DNA of 32,000 bases from Wolbachia endosymbiont of Drosophila innubila (GTDB taxonomy: Bacteria > Pseudomonadota > Alphaproteobacteria > Rickettsiales > Anaplasmataceae). Each line of letters begins with the position of its first letter. The first letter of the stretch is position 1. The notes beneath the pieces were generated by a model. It had not been told where the DNA came from and ran no database searches. It was given only the letters and a program-made list of their open reading frames with translations. The position numbers and the translations under genes are program-made. Shown piece after piece: positions 18,081-28,601 of the stretch. The DNA is taken from assembly GCF_021378375.1 (NCBI RefSeq), contig NZ_CP076228.1, positions 750,001-782,000 of the forward strand. The letters are read 5' to 3'.

Positions 18081-19889
18081 TTATATATCATCAAGTATAG
18101 CGTGATTAACTTCGACTTTATACTTTGATTCCAGATAGCTAATTAATTGCTCTTTTAGCGATATCATCACACGTTTTCCGGTGTCAAGCGTGTTTAATTT
18201 GCCATTTGATGAATGCATTTCTTTTAGAACACCTATTATAATTTCATTATTGTATTGAATAGGATCTGTCACTGAACCAGTTGTTTTCATATTGAAAATC
18301 TCTTCTACAAAAGAAAAGGGGTAGTTTTGTTGATCCACTTTATTGCGGTGCATCTGCTGACCTTTAACTAATTCCACACCTTGAATTTCTTCCAAATCTG
18401 TTTTTTCTCTTAGTTGAACTGCAACCTCTTGCCCGAATTTAAACATTCTTTCTTTTATAAACTCACTACGCCAAAGCTCTACCGCTAATGCCTTGCCTTC
18501 TTCAAAACTTTGCAATTTGGGTGGAAAGATATCGACGATTTTTACACTAACAACGGCGTCCCCAACGCCCTTAAAATAACCTTTCTGATCCTTTTCTCGC
18601 GAAAAAATGAAAGAAATCAAATCACCAGAATCTCCTACGTTATTACCGCTTTGATCTTTTCCACTCGCATCTACTGGACCAATAGTTTGTATAGGTAAAT
18701 TATATTCACTCAATATTTCTTCAATTTCTGAACCATTGTATATCTTATAGTTCACTTGGTTTATGAAATCATTGACTCTTTCAAAAGACTTTTGGTTAGT
18801 TAGAACTGACTTTATGTCTTTTTTTAAATCAACTAAGTCTTCATCAGAGATTTGATGCGCACTTTCCACTTTTACTATGTGCCAACCAAAACTGCTTGCT
18901 AAAACTTCACTTACTTCACCTACTTTAAGAGCAAATACCTTCTCTCTCACGTCTTCTGGTAAAAAATCCTTAGTTATATTATTTACTCTAGTTTCCTCAA
19001 GTTTTGCTTTGCCAAACTCTTCTACTATCTGTTCAAAGCTTGTTTTACCCTCCTCAAATGCTCTTCTTGCTGTCTCAGCTTCTTCTTTGGTAGAAAATAT
19101 TGCATTGAATATATCTCTTTGATTTTTAAGTTCTTGTTGTTCTATTATACCATCAACTTCTTCATCTGAGATCTTGATTTGATCTTCAAAATACTTTTGG
19201 CCTAGGGAAATATATTGCGCAGTTCGATACTCAGGATAATAAAAATGGGATTTATTTCTTTCGTACAAATCAAGTAAGGCTTGATCATCTGGTTCAGGAA
19301 TGTTTGTAACTGCATCTTCAGTTATTTTAACAATATCAACTACTCTAGTTTGGTAGCGACTTTTGTATATCTGCTCATCAATTTTCTCGCCAAAAGTTAC
19401 TGGATAATTATCTTTAAATAATGAAGTCATGAACATCATTGCAGGCAGGACTTTCTCTAGCTTTGCTATATACTCTTTCTCTGTCATATGCAGGTCATTT
19501 AGCGTTTCATAGAATTTATTTTTGTCAAATTCACCTTTATCATTTTGAAAGTATTTGGTGTTTTTAATATGGTTTTTTATAGATTCTTCTCCAACTGTCA
19601 ACCCCAGCTCACTAGTTAGGTTAAACAATAGTTTTTGCTCTATAAGTGCGTTAAGCAAATCATATTTCAGCTTTTTTACTTGTTCTCTACTCGCATCAGA
19701 TCCAGAAATTTGTTTTCCATAATTTTGATATAGCGACTTATACTCATCTGACGTTATAACTTCTTTTCCAACCCTAGCTACCTCTTCTTTTTCATCATCA
19801 CCTGATAAAAGGTTGCCAATTCCCATGAAGATTAACAAGCAAGCTAAAAGGACAACGGTTACTTTAGTGAAAAAATTTTTAACATTCAT
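18081..19889 (-). CDS. ppiD: Peptidylprolyl isomerase, PpiD/SurA-N family periplasmic chaperone
   Basis: N-terminal TM anchor, RVGKEVITSDEYKSLY, parvulin core SFEQIVEEFGKAK...VFALKVGEVSEVLASSFGWHIVKVES. Confidence 0.88.
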   Translation of the reverse strand: MNVKNFFTKVTVVLLACLLIFMGIGNLLSGDDEKEEVARVGKEVITSDEYKSLYQNYGKQISGSDASREQVKKLKYDLLNALIEQKLLFNLTSELGLTVGEESIKNHIKNTKYFQNDKGEFDKNKFYETLNDLHMTEKEYIAKLEKVLPAMMFMTSLFKDNYPVTFGEKIDEQIYKSRYQTRVVDIVKITEDAVTNIPEPDDQALLDLYERNKSHFYYPEYRTAQYISLGQKYFEDQIKISDEEVDGIIEQQELKNQRDIFNAIFSTKEEAETARRAFEEGKTSFEQIVEEFGKAKLEETRVNNITKDFLPEDVREKVFALKVGEVSEVLASSFGWHIVKVESAHQISDEDLVDLKKDIKSVLTNQKSFERVNDFINQVNYKIYNGSEIEEILSEYNLPIQTIGPVDASGKDQSGNNVGDSGDLISFIFSREKDQKGYFKGVGDAVVSVKIVDIFPPKLQSFEEGKALAVELWRSEFIKERMFKFGQEVAVQLREKTDLEEIQGVELVKGQQMHRNKVDQQNYPFSFVEEIFNMKTTGSVTDPIQYNNEIIIGVLKEMHSSNGKLNTLDTGKRVMISLKEQLISYLESKYKVEVNHAILDDI

Positions 19890-20125
19890 TTTAAACCCAG
19901 TTAATTAATGATTAATTATAGAATAGTGATAATTTAATGCTTGTAAACCTGTTGCTTTATTAGCTAATATATATAATATTACAATATATTAACTTAAAAT
20001 TTAACTCTCTAATCTTAAATAGGAACATATGTTTAACTGAGTTATACTATACCTTAGGAAGGGGAAATATTTTGTTTGAAATATGCTTAAAGGTAAGCGC
20101 ATTTAATTAACTTAAGAGGTGGGAA

Positions 20126-20239
20126 GTGACAAACAAAAAGTTATTGAATGACAAAATTAATGCTTTTTTAGTTTTAATAGTTTATATTTTAGCTCTGTAT
20201 AACAGTAAGGGATACTTTAAATGGGAGATGCTTTTTTGA
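20126..20239 (+). CDS. Small putative membrane protein (37 aa), GTG start
   Basis: Hand translation: (V/M)TNKKLLNDKINAFLVLIVYILALYNSKGYFKWEMLF*. RBS-like aagaggtggg just upstream. The TGA stop overlaps the ATG of the next gene (TGATG). Confidence 0.4.
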   Translation: MTNKKLLNDKINAFLVLIVYILALYNSKGYFKWEMLF

Positions 20240-20823
20240 TGTCAATGGAATCTTCTAAGGGCAATAACGATAGAAATAAACAGTTTCTAGTGCAAATAGC
20301 TGCTTGGTTAGTAGACAACACTGGTTTAACTTTTAATCAAATAGCACAATGTTGCAGATTGGCCCTTGAAGAAGTACAAGACATAGCTGATGAGGAAATA
20401 GAAGTAGAAAAATATAACCCTATTATTTCTGGAATAATTACTGAAAAAGAAATCGATGATTGCAAAAAAAATCCAAATCGTGTACCAAATTTGATTATAA
20501 AAAATATAAAAAAAAGGAGTAAAGCGATTGGTAGCATTCTTGGCTTTGCCTCTACGGCAAGACGTAGAGATAAACCTGATGCGATTTATTATTTAGTAAA
20601 AAAATTTCCTATCTTGGACAATAACGTTATAGTTAAATTAATTAGTACAACAAATTACACAGTTGAGCAGGTAAGAGATGGATCTCATCATAACATGCAA
20701 AATATAAAACCCCAAGATCCTGTACTACTCGGCTTATGTAGTCAAGAAAATTTAGAAGCAGAAGTGGAAAAAGCAAAAGTAGAAGAGGAGAAGCAAGAAA
20801 GGTTAAAAAAATATAAAGAATAG
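20239..20823 (+). CDS. DUF1013-family protein
   Basis: AAWLVDNTGLTFNQIAQCCRLALEEVQDIADEEI...YNPIISGIITEKEI...SKRIAR-like RDKPDAIYYLVKKFPILDN. Start at ATG 20239 (MSMESSKGNN) preferred over 20221. Confidence 0.75.
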   Translation: MSMESSKGNNDRNKQFLVQIAAWLVDNTGLTFNQIAQCCRLALEEVQDIADEEIEVEKYNPIISGIITEKEIDDCKKNPNRVPNLIIKNIKKRSKAIGSILGFASTARRRDKPDAIYYLVKKFPILDNNVIVKLISTTNYTVEQVRDGSHHNMQNIKPQDPVLLGLCSQENLEAEVEKAKVEEEKQERLKKYKE

Positions 20824-20870
20824 CTATTGAAAATCCTCAAATTTTTGTGTTTTGTTAACATTAAATTAAC

Positions 20871-20898
20871 TTGACTTGCTAGTGTTTATTAGTATAAT
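20871..20898 (+). promoter_or_regulatory. Near-consensus sigma70 promoter for rho
   Basis: TTGACT (20871-20876), 16-nt spacer, TATAAT (20893-20898); leader of about 120 nt before rho. Confidence 0.6.
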
Positions 20899-21022
20899 GT
20901 AAGTAAAGTACGGGGTTTAATGATAATTAAGCTTAATACGCACTGAAACTAACTCAGCCTAATTTATTATCTTATAGTCACATTTTAGGTTAGTAAGCAT
21001 CAATTAAAATTTTTGGAGGATT

Positions 21023-22426
21023 ATGACAACAATCAATGAAGATGTTTTGGCAAAAGGAAAGGTTACAGCTCAACCTGAAAAAAGTGAGCAAATTTACAAT
21101 AACGATACAGTAAAACAGATGGTCAATGAAGGTACTGAGAAAAACAGAAAAACATTAGATCTGAGCAAATTAAAAGAGAAAACAGCAGAAGAATTGTTAG
21201 AGTTAGCTGAAGAAAGAAAAATTTCAACTAACGGTAAAAGCAATGGTAGAATGCTAAAGCAGGAAATAATATTCAGCTTAATGAAAAAAATGAGTGAAGA
21301 AGGAGGCATAACCACAGGGAGTGGAATAGTGGAAATATTGCCTGATGGTTTTGGTTTCTTACGTTCAGCAAGTGCAAATTATGCCCCAAGTACCGATGAT
21401 GTTTATATTTCTAACGGGCAAATAAAGAAGTTTAATTTACGTACAGGAGATATGGCATATGGAGAAATAAGGCCACCTGGTGATAAAGAGAGATATTTTA
21501 CTTTAACTAAGGTTCAAAGTATAAACTCTACTGAAGTAAGTGAATTAAGAAAGTACGTCCATTTTGATAATTTGCTTCCTCTTTATCCTGAGGAAAGCAT
21601 AGTACTTGAGTGTAATAATGGTGATGATAAAAAAGGCTTAAGCATGCGTGCTATAGATATAGTAGCTCCTCTTGGAAAAGGGCAAAGAGCGTTAGTAGTT
21701 GCTCCACCTCGCACAGGAAAAACTGTATTGCTTCAGCAAATGGCTAACTCTATAGCTATAAATCACCCTGAAGTAGAATTAATAGTGTTACTTATAGATG
21801 AAAGACCTGAAGAAGTAACAGATATGATACGTTCTGTAAAAGGTGAGGTAGTAAGTTCTACATTCGATGAGCCTGCTTACCGTCACGTACAGCTTGCTGA
21901 AATAGTAATAGAAAAAGCTAAAAGAATGGTTGAGCATAAAAAAGATGTGGTAATTCTACTTGACAATATTACTAGACTTGCACGTGCTTATAATGCGGTT
22001 ATTCCTTCGTCTGGGAAAGTTCTAACTGGTGGTGTAGATTCAAACGCACTGCAGAGACCAAAACGCTTTTTTGGAGCAGCTCGTAATATTGAGAATGGGG
22101 GTTCTTTAACTATAATCGCCACAGCTCTTATAGAGACTGGTTCAAAAATGGATGAAGTTATTTTTGAAGAGTTTAAAGGTACAGGAAATGCTGAGATCAT
22201 ACTTGATAGAAAACTTTCTGATAAACGTATATTTCCAGCTATTGATATTACAAAATCCGGAACAAGGAAGGAAGAGCTATTAGTTGATAAGGCTATACTA
22301 AATAAAATATGGGTGGTGCGTAGGATACTCAATCCTATGGGACCCGTTGAAGCAATGGAATTTTTACGTGACAAACTACTTTTAACAAAGAGCAATGCTG
22401 ACTTTTTTAACTCCATGAATCACTAA
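21023..22426 (+). CDS. rho: transcription termination factor Rho
   Basis: [83 protein letters not shown]. Confidence 0.98.
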   Translation: MTTINEDVLAKGKVTAQPEKSEQIYNNDTVKQMVNEGTEKNRKTLDLSKLKEKTAEELLELAEERKISTNGKSNGRMLKQEIIFSLMKKMSEEGGITTGSGIVEILPDGFGFLRSASANYAPSTDDVYISNGQIKKFNLRTGDMAYGEIRPPGDKERYFTLTKVQSINSTEVSELRKYVHFDNLLPLYPEESIVLECNNGDDKKGLSMRAIDIVAPLGKGQRALVVAPPRTGKTVLLQQMANSIAINHPEVELIVLLIDERPEEVTDMIRSVKGEVVSSTFDEPAYRHVQLAEIVIEKAKRMVEHKKDVVILLDNITRLARAYNAVIPSSGKVLTGGVDSNALQRPKRFFGAARNIENGGSLTIIATALIETGSKMDEVIFEEFKGTGNAEIILDRKLSDKRIFPAIDITKSGTRKEELLVDKAILNKIWVVRRILNPMGPVEAMEFLRDKLLLTKSNADFFNSMNH

Positions 22427-22592
22427 AAGTAAGCCAGTTATGATGGATATGCTGAGCAAAAAGTAAAACGCTCTTATAGCTAAAATAATTTGGATTTACC
22501 AAAATATATTTATAGTTAAGTTGGCAATTTACCTTAAGTTAGCGCGTGACACTGGAATGACACCCTTGGTGGCAGACAGCTAAAGGAAAATA

Positions 22593-23069
22593 TCAACTAG
22601 GTTTATAATCTATCACTACCGTGTTTGCAATTTTGTCGTGAAAAGCTTGTTTATGTTCATCACCTACTGCACATACTAAAACTAAGATTAGTATAGCTAA
22701 GAATAAAATGGGATTACAAAGTGATATGCAATAAATTATAAAAAGAGCTATAGTCCTTTTCATTGCTTGCATTGTAGTGATTGACTCAAATGTATCTTTG
22801 TCTTTTACACGCATGCTAAATAACAAGTGTCCTGGAGTGCCGCCAAATTTTACTAGCATGAATATATGAAATATACATGGTATCATTAAAAATAAAGAAA
22901 ATACAATCGTGGTGATTACAATTATTGCACCCATGATCCCTTGTATTGCGTGTGTAAGTGAGAAATCCACCGCCATTAAACCAAATGGTATTGCGATAAA
23001 TAAAATACAATCAACTATAAATGCTAGAGTACGTCTTGTCATCGTTGAGTAGTTTACTTTTTTATCCAT
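22593..23069 (-). CDS. RDD family membrane protein
   Basis: TRRTLAFIVDCILF (RDD-type start), KFGGTPGHLLFSMRVKD, C-terminal FHDKIANTVVIDY. Confidence 0.85.
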   Translation of the reverse strand: MDKKVNYSTMTRRTLAFIVDCILFIAIPFGLMAVDFSLTHAIQGIMGAIIVITTIVFSLFLMIPCIFHIFMLVKFGGTPGHLLFSMRVKDKDTFESITTMQAMKRTIALFIIYCISLCNPILFLAILILVLVCAVGDEHKQAFHDKIANTVVIDYKPS

Positions 23070-23091
23070 GTACTACCTATAAAGAAAAATA

Positions 23092-23628
23092 TCAACTAGA
23101 TTTATAGTCTATCACTACTGTTTTTGCAATTTTATCGTAAAAAGTCTGTTTGCGTTGATCAAATACTGCAAACAAAAATAAAATTAGCACAATTAAAAGA
23201 TATAGAAAAGTATAACCATGATAATGCAGATGAAGCAAAAAGCGAAAAATAATCCAGATGCTTCCCTTAGAAATACATCTTATTGTTGCTTGCATAAGGG
23301 TAACATTTGTAAATGTATTAGCATCTTTAATATGCATACCACACAATAGTTTTCCTGGGGTACCACCAAGTTTTGTTACCATTAATATTTTGGATATTGT
23401 TAGTACTAATGTTGCGACCACTGTAGAAACTATAAATGGTATTTCTGTTGCTAGTTGTGCAAGTTCCTGAAAAGAGTCTTTATCTTGATCTTGTAATGAT
23501 ACGATGAATACACCATAGATAAAACCGAAGATAAAATGAGGGGAAAATATGATGAGGTCAAGTATTTCTGCTACAATACGCCTTGTAAATCCTACATAAT
23601 TTACTTTAACATTTATTTCAGTATTCAT
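23092..23628 (-). CDS. RDD family membrane protein (paralogue of neighbour)
   Basis: TRRIVAEILDLIIFSPHF, KLGGTPGKLLCGMHIKDA, C-terminal FYDKIAKTVVIDYKSS. Confidence 0.85.
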   Translation of the reverse strand: MNTEINVKVNYVGFTRRIVAEILDLIIFSPHFIFGFIYGVFIVSLQDQDKDSFQELAQLATEIPFIVSTVVATLVLTISKILMVTKLGGTPGKLLCGMHIKDANTFTNVTLMQATIRCISKGSIWIIFRFLLHLHYHGYTFLYLLIVLILFLFAVFDQRKQTFYDKIAKTVVIDYKSS

Positions 23629-23773
23629 AACCCCACCTATATTTCATAATATCATCATATGATATAAAAATACGTTATTAAATAACCGTAAATATACTAA
23701 TTTGGGTAATATTAGCTACTTGTGCCACTCTATTATTTAAATTAATATTAAATCATTTATAACTAGGGAAGTT

Positions 23774-25192
23774 ATGTCAACACTAATCACAGTTGCATAT
23801 GGCGACGGTATCGGACCAGAAATCATGGAAGCGGTGCTGTCGATATTGCGCGAAGCAGAAGCGGAAATCTCAATAGATATTATTGAAATAGGGGAGCGTG
23901 TTTACAGTAAAGAATGGTCTCACGGAATTTCTCCAAGTGGTTGGGAATCAATTGAAAGGACAAAAATATTATTAAAATCTCCGACAACAACTCCTCAAGG
24001 TAAAGGGCACAAAAGCTTAAACGTTGCACTCAGAAAAAATCTAGGGTTGTATGCAAATATCAGACCATGCATTTCATATCATCCTGTTATAGAAAATAAA
24101 TTCGATAAGTTTGATATCGTAGTGATACGTGAAAATGAAGAGGACGTTTACACCGGAATAGAGCATAGGCTCACTGGTGACTCTTACCAATGCACTAAAA
24201 TTATTACTAGATCTGGCTCAGAGAAGATATGCAGGTACGCTTTTGAATATGCAAAAAAACACAACAGAAAAAAAGTAACTTGCCTGACTAAAGATAACAT
24301 CATGAAAATGACTGACGGAACTTTCCATGCCGCGTTTGATCGCATTGCAAAGGAATACCCAGATATAAAGGCAGAACATTATATAGTTGATATTGGAATG
24401 GCGCGTGTTGCAACAGAACCGGAGAATTTTGATGTTATAGTAACCGAGAACTTATATGGCGACATATTATCAGATATAGTCGCACAAACCTCTGGATCTG
24501 TGGGGCTTGCCGGAAGTAGTAACATCGGGAATGAATACGCAATGTTTGAAGCAGTGCACGGTTCTGCCCCTGATATTGCAGGAAAAAACATAGCCAATCC
24601 TTCTGGTCTTTTAAATGCTGCAGTGCATATGCTAATTTACATAGGTCAAGTGGGTACTGCAAAACTAATCTACGATGCATGGCTCAAGACTTTGGAGGAT
24701 GGAATACACACTGCCGATTTATATAAGGAGAAAAGAAGTAAACAGAAAGTTGGTACAAAAGAATTTGCAGAAGCTGTTATAGACAATCTAGGAAAAAAAC
24801 CGAAAACATTATCTGAGCTTATAATTGGCAGTGATCCAAATAGTAAAGTGGATAAAATACAGGATAATTATGAACAGGATTATAAGATTAAAAAACTAGT
24901 GGGTAGCGATATAACGCTTGCCTGGAGTAAGCCGGCTGACTTTGACCAAATAGTGAAGTTGTTTGAAACAAGTAATCCGCAGATTATAGCAATATATTCA
25001 AAAGGCCTTGCGATTTGGCCAGGAAGTTCAAAGTCTTCAAGTGACCAAATAACCTGCAGGTTCATTGCAAATAATGAAATTACAAATAGTGATGTGAATA
25101 ACTTGCTAATCAAATTTGAGGAACATAATTTTGATGTGGTGAGAATGGATAAGTTGTATTTGTATGATGGGAAAGAGGGTTTCTTCTCTTAG
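23774..25192 (+). CDS. icd: isocitrate dehydrogenase (isopropylmalate/isocitrate dehydrogenase family) with alpha-proteobacterial-type C-terminal extension
   Basis: GDGIGPEIMEA, VIRENEEDVYTGIEH, NLYGDILSDIVAQTSGSVGLAGSSNIG, EAVHGSAPDIAGKNIANPSGLL. Confidence 0.93.
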   Translation: MSTLITVAYGDGIGPEIMEAVLSILREAEAEISIDIIEIGERVYSKEWSHGISPSGWESIERTKILLKSPTTTPQGKGHKSLNVALRKNLGLYANIRPCISYHPVIENKFDKFDIVVIRENEEDVYTGIEHRLTGDSYQCTKIITRSGSEKICRYAFEYAKKHNRKKVTCLTKDNIMKMTDGTFHAAFDRIAKEYPDIKAEHYIVDIGMARVATEPENFDVIVTENLYGDILSDIVAQTSGSVGLAGSSNIGNEYAMFEAVHGSAPDIAGKNIANPSGLLNAAVHMLIYIGQVGTAKLIYDAWLKTLEDGIHTADLYKEKRSKQKVGTKEFAEAVIDNLGKKPKTLSELIIGSDPNSKVDKIQDNYEQDYKIKKLVGSDITLAWSKPADFDQIVKLFETSNPQIIAIYSKGLAIWPGSSKSSSDQITCRFIANNEITNSDVNNLLIKFEEHNFDVVRMDKLYLYDGKEGFFS

Positions 25193-25274
25193 TGGTTGCT
25201 TGATATTTTTATGCTTGTGTGAAACATTAAATATATTATACTAATAGTATCGTGTATTTATGTGAGGTGTAGTA

Positions 25275-26576
25275 ATGAGTCAACATTTTAAGTTAACTGG
25301 TCAGGAGTTTTATGATAATAATGATCTGTTTAACGTACTAGAGATAAAAGCTGAACAAATTGTAGGTAAGGATTATCAAGCTCTTAGCAAGTTTCTGAAA
25401 AAACAATATAATAAATTGATACTTGTAAACCATCCTGACAAAGGTGGAGACAAAAATAGATTTGATCAGATTTATAAAGCTTATCAAGAGCTAAAAAAGT
25501 ACATTGAACCTTTAGAGTCAGGAAATCCTTGTGTTAAAGTCAGTGTTGGTGCTGAAAGTGATGGGCGTTTAACGGCAAGAGGAGAGTTTCACTATAGGAG
25601 AAGTTTGTTTAATAAGCTAAAAATAAGTTGAGAGAAAGATGCTGTAGGTAAAGATTTTGATGGATTGATTTCTATACTAAAAAGAAGTGACTATTCGTTT
25701 AAAAAAGATCTAGAAAAATGCATGAAACTCCAAGCTCAAATAAATAGGATTTTGCAAAATCCAAATTTAGATAATTTTAAGAAGAGTGTAGAAAGTACAA
25801 AATTAATGAAAGAGCTGTATCAATATATAACAAAGCCAAGCATATAATTATTCAATTATATTACTCCTCTAGAAGAAAAGAGAAGCCTAGTTAAAGAAGA
25901 TAAGAAAGCATTAGCGTTGAAATTTATAGAGCGTAAAAATGCTCTACTGCTTGTCCCAAAAATAAGTCTTCTGCCTTTAGCTCTATTAACTACAGTTACT
26001 ATAGGTTGCTATTTTTCATGGTGGATCATAGGATTTAGTATCATTGCTGGTAATGCCTCTCATTTATTAGTAAATTATTATATGAAAAAGTATAAAAATT
26101 CAGAAATTTCCACTGATGAATTCATGAGTAAAATAAACTATATCACGCTAGGCAATAAGCTTCTTATCAACTATCCTTTAGCTGCTTTTTCTGTTTATCT
26201 ACTTACAACAAATTTCATTGCTAATAGATTAACTGTTGGTGGAACCATACTTGGTTCACTATTGTTATTGGCGGCAGTATTAATTGAAATGTTAGCTCCT
26301 GTTTTCTCAAAAGGCTGTGAAATATATGCTGAAAAGCACACAAAAGATTTACTAGAAGAGGATCCAAGAGATAGGGTACAAAAGGAAACTGACCTGTTAG
26401 GATGGTATGATCCACGAAAACTGTTAATGCCAATTGTTATGCCTCTTATTAAAAAGTGTTTTGCGGAAGTGGTAAGCGAATTTGCTGAGAGAAATTTTGA
26501 TGAAGTGAACACTAATGTGTCTGATGTTAATACTGAAGGACTATCTAAGCCTCAAGGAATTGAATTTGCACAGTAA
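25275..26576 (+). pseudogene. J-domain plus transmembrane protein, one frame interrupted by two in-frame stop codons (TGA 25629-25631, TAA 25845-25847)
   Basis: ORFs 25275-25631, 25665-25847 and 25917-26576 all share the same reading frame with no frameshift. J-domain-like KQYNKLILVNHPDKGGDKNRFDQIYKAYQELKKYI; two or more C-terminal TM segments. Confidence 0.75.
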
Positions 26577-26606
26577 CCAGTGTAGTATAGGCTTTTAGCT
26601 CTATGC

Positions 26607-27245
26607 ATGGACTCAAAAAAAGTAGAATTGATATTTGAAAAGTTTCAAGAATCAAATTCTGCACCAAAAATAGAGCTAAATTATATCAATCATTATACGC
26701 TTCTGGTCGCAATAGTTTTATCAGCACGGACGACCGATGTAAGCGTTAACAAAATTACAAGAGAACTTTTTAATATCGCTGATACGCCAGAAAAAATGCT
26801 GAATCTTGGGCAAAACGAGCTAAAAAAACGTGTAAATAGTATCGGTTTATATAATTCCAAAGCAAAAAATATAATCGGGCTCAGCAAAATATTGATTGAG
26901 AGGTACAATAGCAAAGTGCCTACTGATTTCGATGATTTGGTGTCTTTGCCGGGAGTGGGAAGAAAGAGCGCTAATGTGTTCTTAAATTCGGGGCTTGGCA
27001 TTCCAACATTGGCAGTTGATACTCACGTTTTTAGAGTGAGCAATAGAATTGGGCTTGTGAAAGAAAAAGATGTGTTTAAAACAGAGCAATCTCTTTTAAA
27101 TGTGGTTCCCAAAAAATACCTGCTTTATGCTCATCATTGGCTAGTTTTGCATGGTAGATATGTTTGCAAAGCACAGAAACCTTCGTGTGAAACGTGCATA
27201 ATTCATGATTTATGTGAATTTGAGTGCAAAAGGTATAAAGTCTAG
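26607..27245 (+). CDS. nth: endonuclease III
   Basis: LLVAIVLSARTTDVSVNK, LPGVGRKSANVFLN, VDTHVFRVSNRIGL, 4Fe-4S cysteines CKAQKPSCETCIIHDLC. Confidence 0.96.
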   Translation: MDSKKVELIFEKFQESNSAPKIELNYINHYTLLVAIVLSARTTDVSVNKITRELFNIADTPEKMLNLGQNELKKRVNSIGLYNSKAKNIIGLSKILIERYNSKVPTDFDDLVSLPGVGRKSANVFLNSGLGIPTLAVDTHVFRVSNRIGLVKEKDVFKTEQSLLNVVPKKYLLYAHHWLVLHGRYVCKAQKPSCETCIIHDLCEFECKRYKV

Positions 27246-27362
27246 TATTTCTTCTTTTGTCATCCAAGTAGCTATAGAAACGAAAAAACTTACTTGACAC
27301 ATTTTGCTGGAATGACACCAGTTGTTATTCAGACAACAGTTATGCAAGAGATCTGATTACAT

Positions 27363-28559
27363 CTAAGCTAACAATGGACCACTAGATATATTACTAACTA
27401 CGTTGACCTGATTCAATATTTTATTAGTGGGATTGAAATAATTTTCTATAAATTCCTTATATATAGCTGTTAACTTGTGTATATCGTTTACTGATACGCA
27501 TTCGTTTATCTGATGTGCAGTTTTGTTGATTATACCAAATTCAATCACTGGACAAACATCTTTGATAAACGCGGCGTCAGATGTGCCACCACTTGTGCTA
27601 AGTATAGCATCAATGTTGGTAACCTTACTTATTGCATCAAGCATAATATCAGTATTTCTATCGGGAGTAGAGAGGAAAACGTCCCTGCTGCTATGCATAG
27701 AAAGTTTATAATCGTTAGTTACACTGGAGCATATTTCATCAATCAGCTTATATAAGCCACCCGGTGTTTGTTCATTGTTATATCGAATGTTAAAACGTGT
27801 AGTTGCTGAGCCAGGTATTAGATTGCTAGTATTATTTCCAACATCGATAGTAGTAACTTCGCAATGTGAAGGCTGAAAATATTTATTACCATGATCAAAA
27901 GTAGTATTTTTTACCTTACTCAATATCGATATTACCTTATATATTGGATTGTCTGCTAGGTCTGGGTAGGCAACGTGCCCTTGTTTTCCATGGCAAATTA
28001 ATTCAAATGTTACAGAACCTCTTCTGCCTATTTTTATGGTATCACCTAATTTCTCACTACTGGTTGGTTCGCCAACCACACAAAAATCTATCTTTTTCTG
28101 CTTATTTTTCATCCATTCCAAAACTGCCTTTGTTCCATATTCTTCCATGCTTTCTTCAGCACTGGTAATCAATGCACTTATTGAACCATTAAATTGAAAC
28201 TTCTCTGCAATCAAATTTACCATAGCAGCAATAAATGCAGCTACTCCGCTTTTCATATCAGCGGCCCCTCTTCCATATAGCATTCCATCCCTCACTTCTG
28301 GTTTAAATGGACCAAATGCCCAATCTTTTAACTGACCCGGTGGTACAACATCAACGTGCCCAGCAAAGCACAAATTTGGTACTCCATTTATATATTTCGC
28401 ATAAAGATTTTTAACTTTATCACCAAATTCTAAAATCTCACAATCAAAGCCGCTCTTCTTGAAGATTGTTGCTATATACTCTATTGCCCCGCTGTCTTCT
28501 GGTGTTATACTCTCAAAAGAGATCAATTTCCTAGTTAGCTCTACAGGGTCAATTTTCAT
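27363..28559 (-). CDS. dapE: succinyl-diaminopimelate desuccinylase
   Basis: NLCFAGHVDVVPPG, GMLYGRGAADMKSGVAAF, EESMEEYGT, GRRGSVTFELICHGKQGHVAYP, GGTSDAAFI. Confidence 0.94.
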   Translation of the reverse strand: MKIDPVELTRKLISFESITPEDSGAIEYIATIFKKSGFDCEILEFGDKVKNLYAKYINGVPNLCFAGHVDVVPPGQLKDWAFGPFKPEVRDGMLYGRGAADMKSGVAAFIAAMVNLIAEKFQFNGSISALITSAEESMEEYGTKAVLEWMKNKQKKIDFCVVGEPTSSEKLGDTIKIGRRGSVTFELICHGKQGHVAYPDLADNPIYKVISILSKVKNTTFDHGNKYFQPSHCEVTTIDVGNNTSNLIPGSATTRFNIRYNNEQTPGGLYKLIDEICSSVTNDYKLSMHSSRDVFLSTPDRNTDIMLDAISKVTNIDAILSTSGGTSDAAFIKDVCPVIEFGIINKTAHQINECVSVNDIHKLTAIYKEFIENYFNPTNKILNQVNVVSNISSGPLLA

Positions 28560-28601
28560 GTCAATCTTAAAATACTTATACTGCTATATTGTAAACACTC
28601 T

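Noticed and set aside
21988-22416. 142-aa minus-strand ORF within rho
   Set aside because: Lies fully inside the conserved rho coding sequence; shadow ORF.
24379-25113. Several minus-strand ORFs (72-81 aa) inside icd
   Set aside because: Antisense to a fully conserved isocitrate dehydrogenase frame; shadow ORFs.
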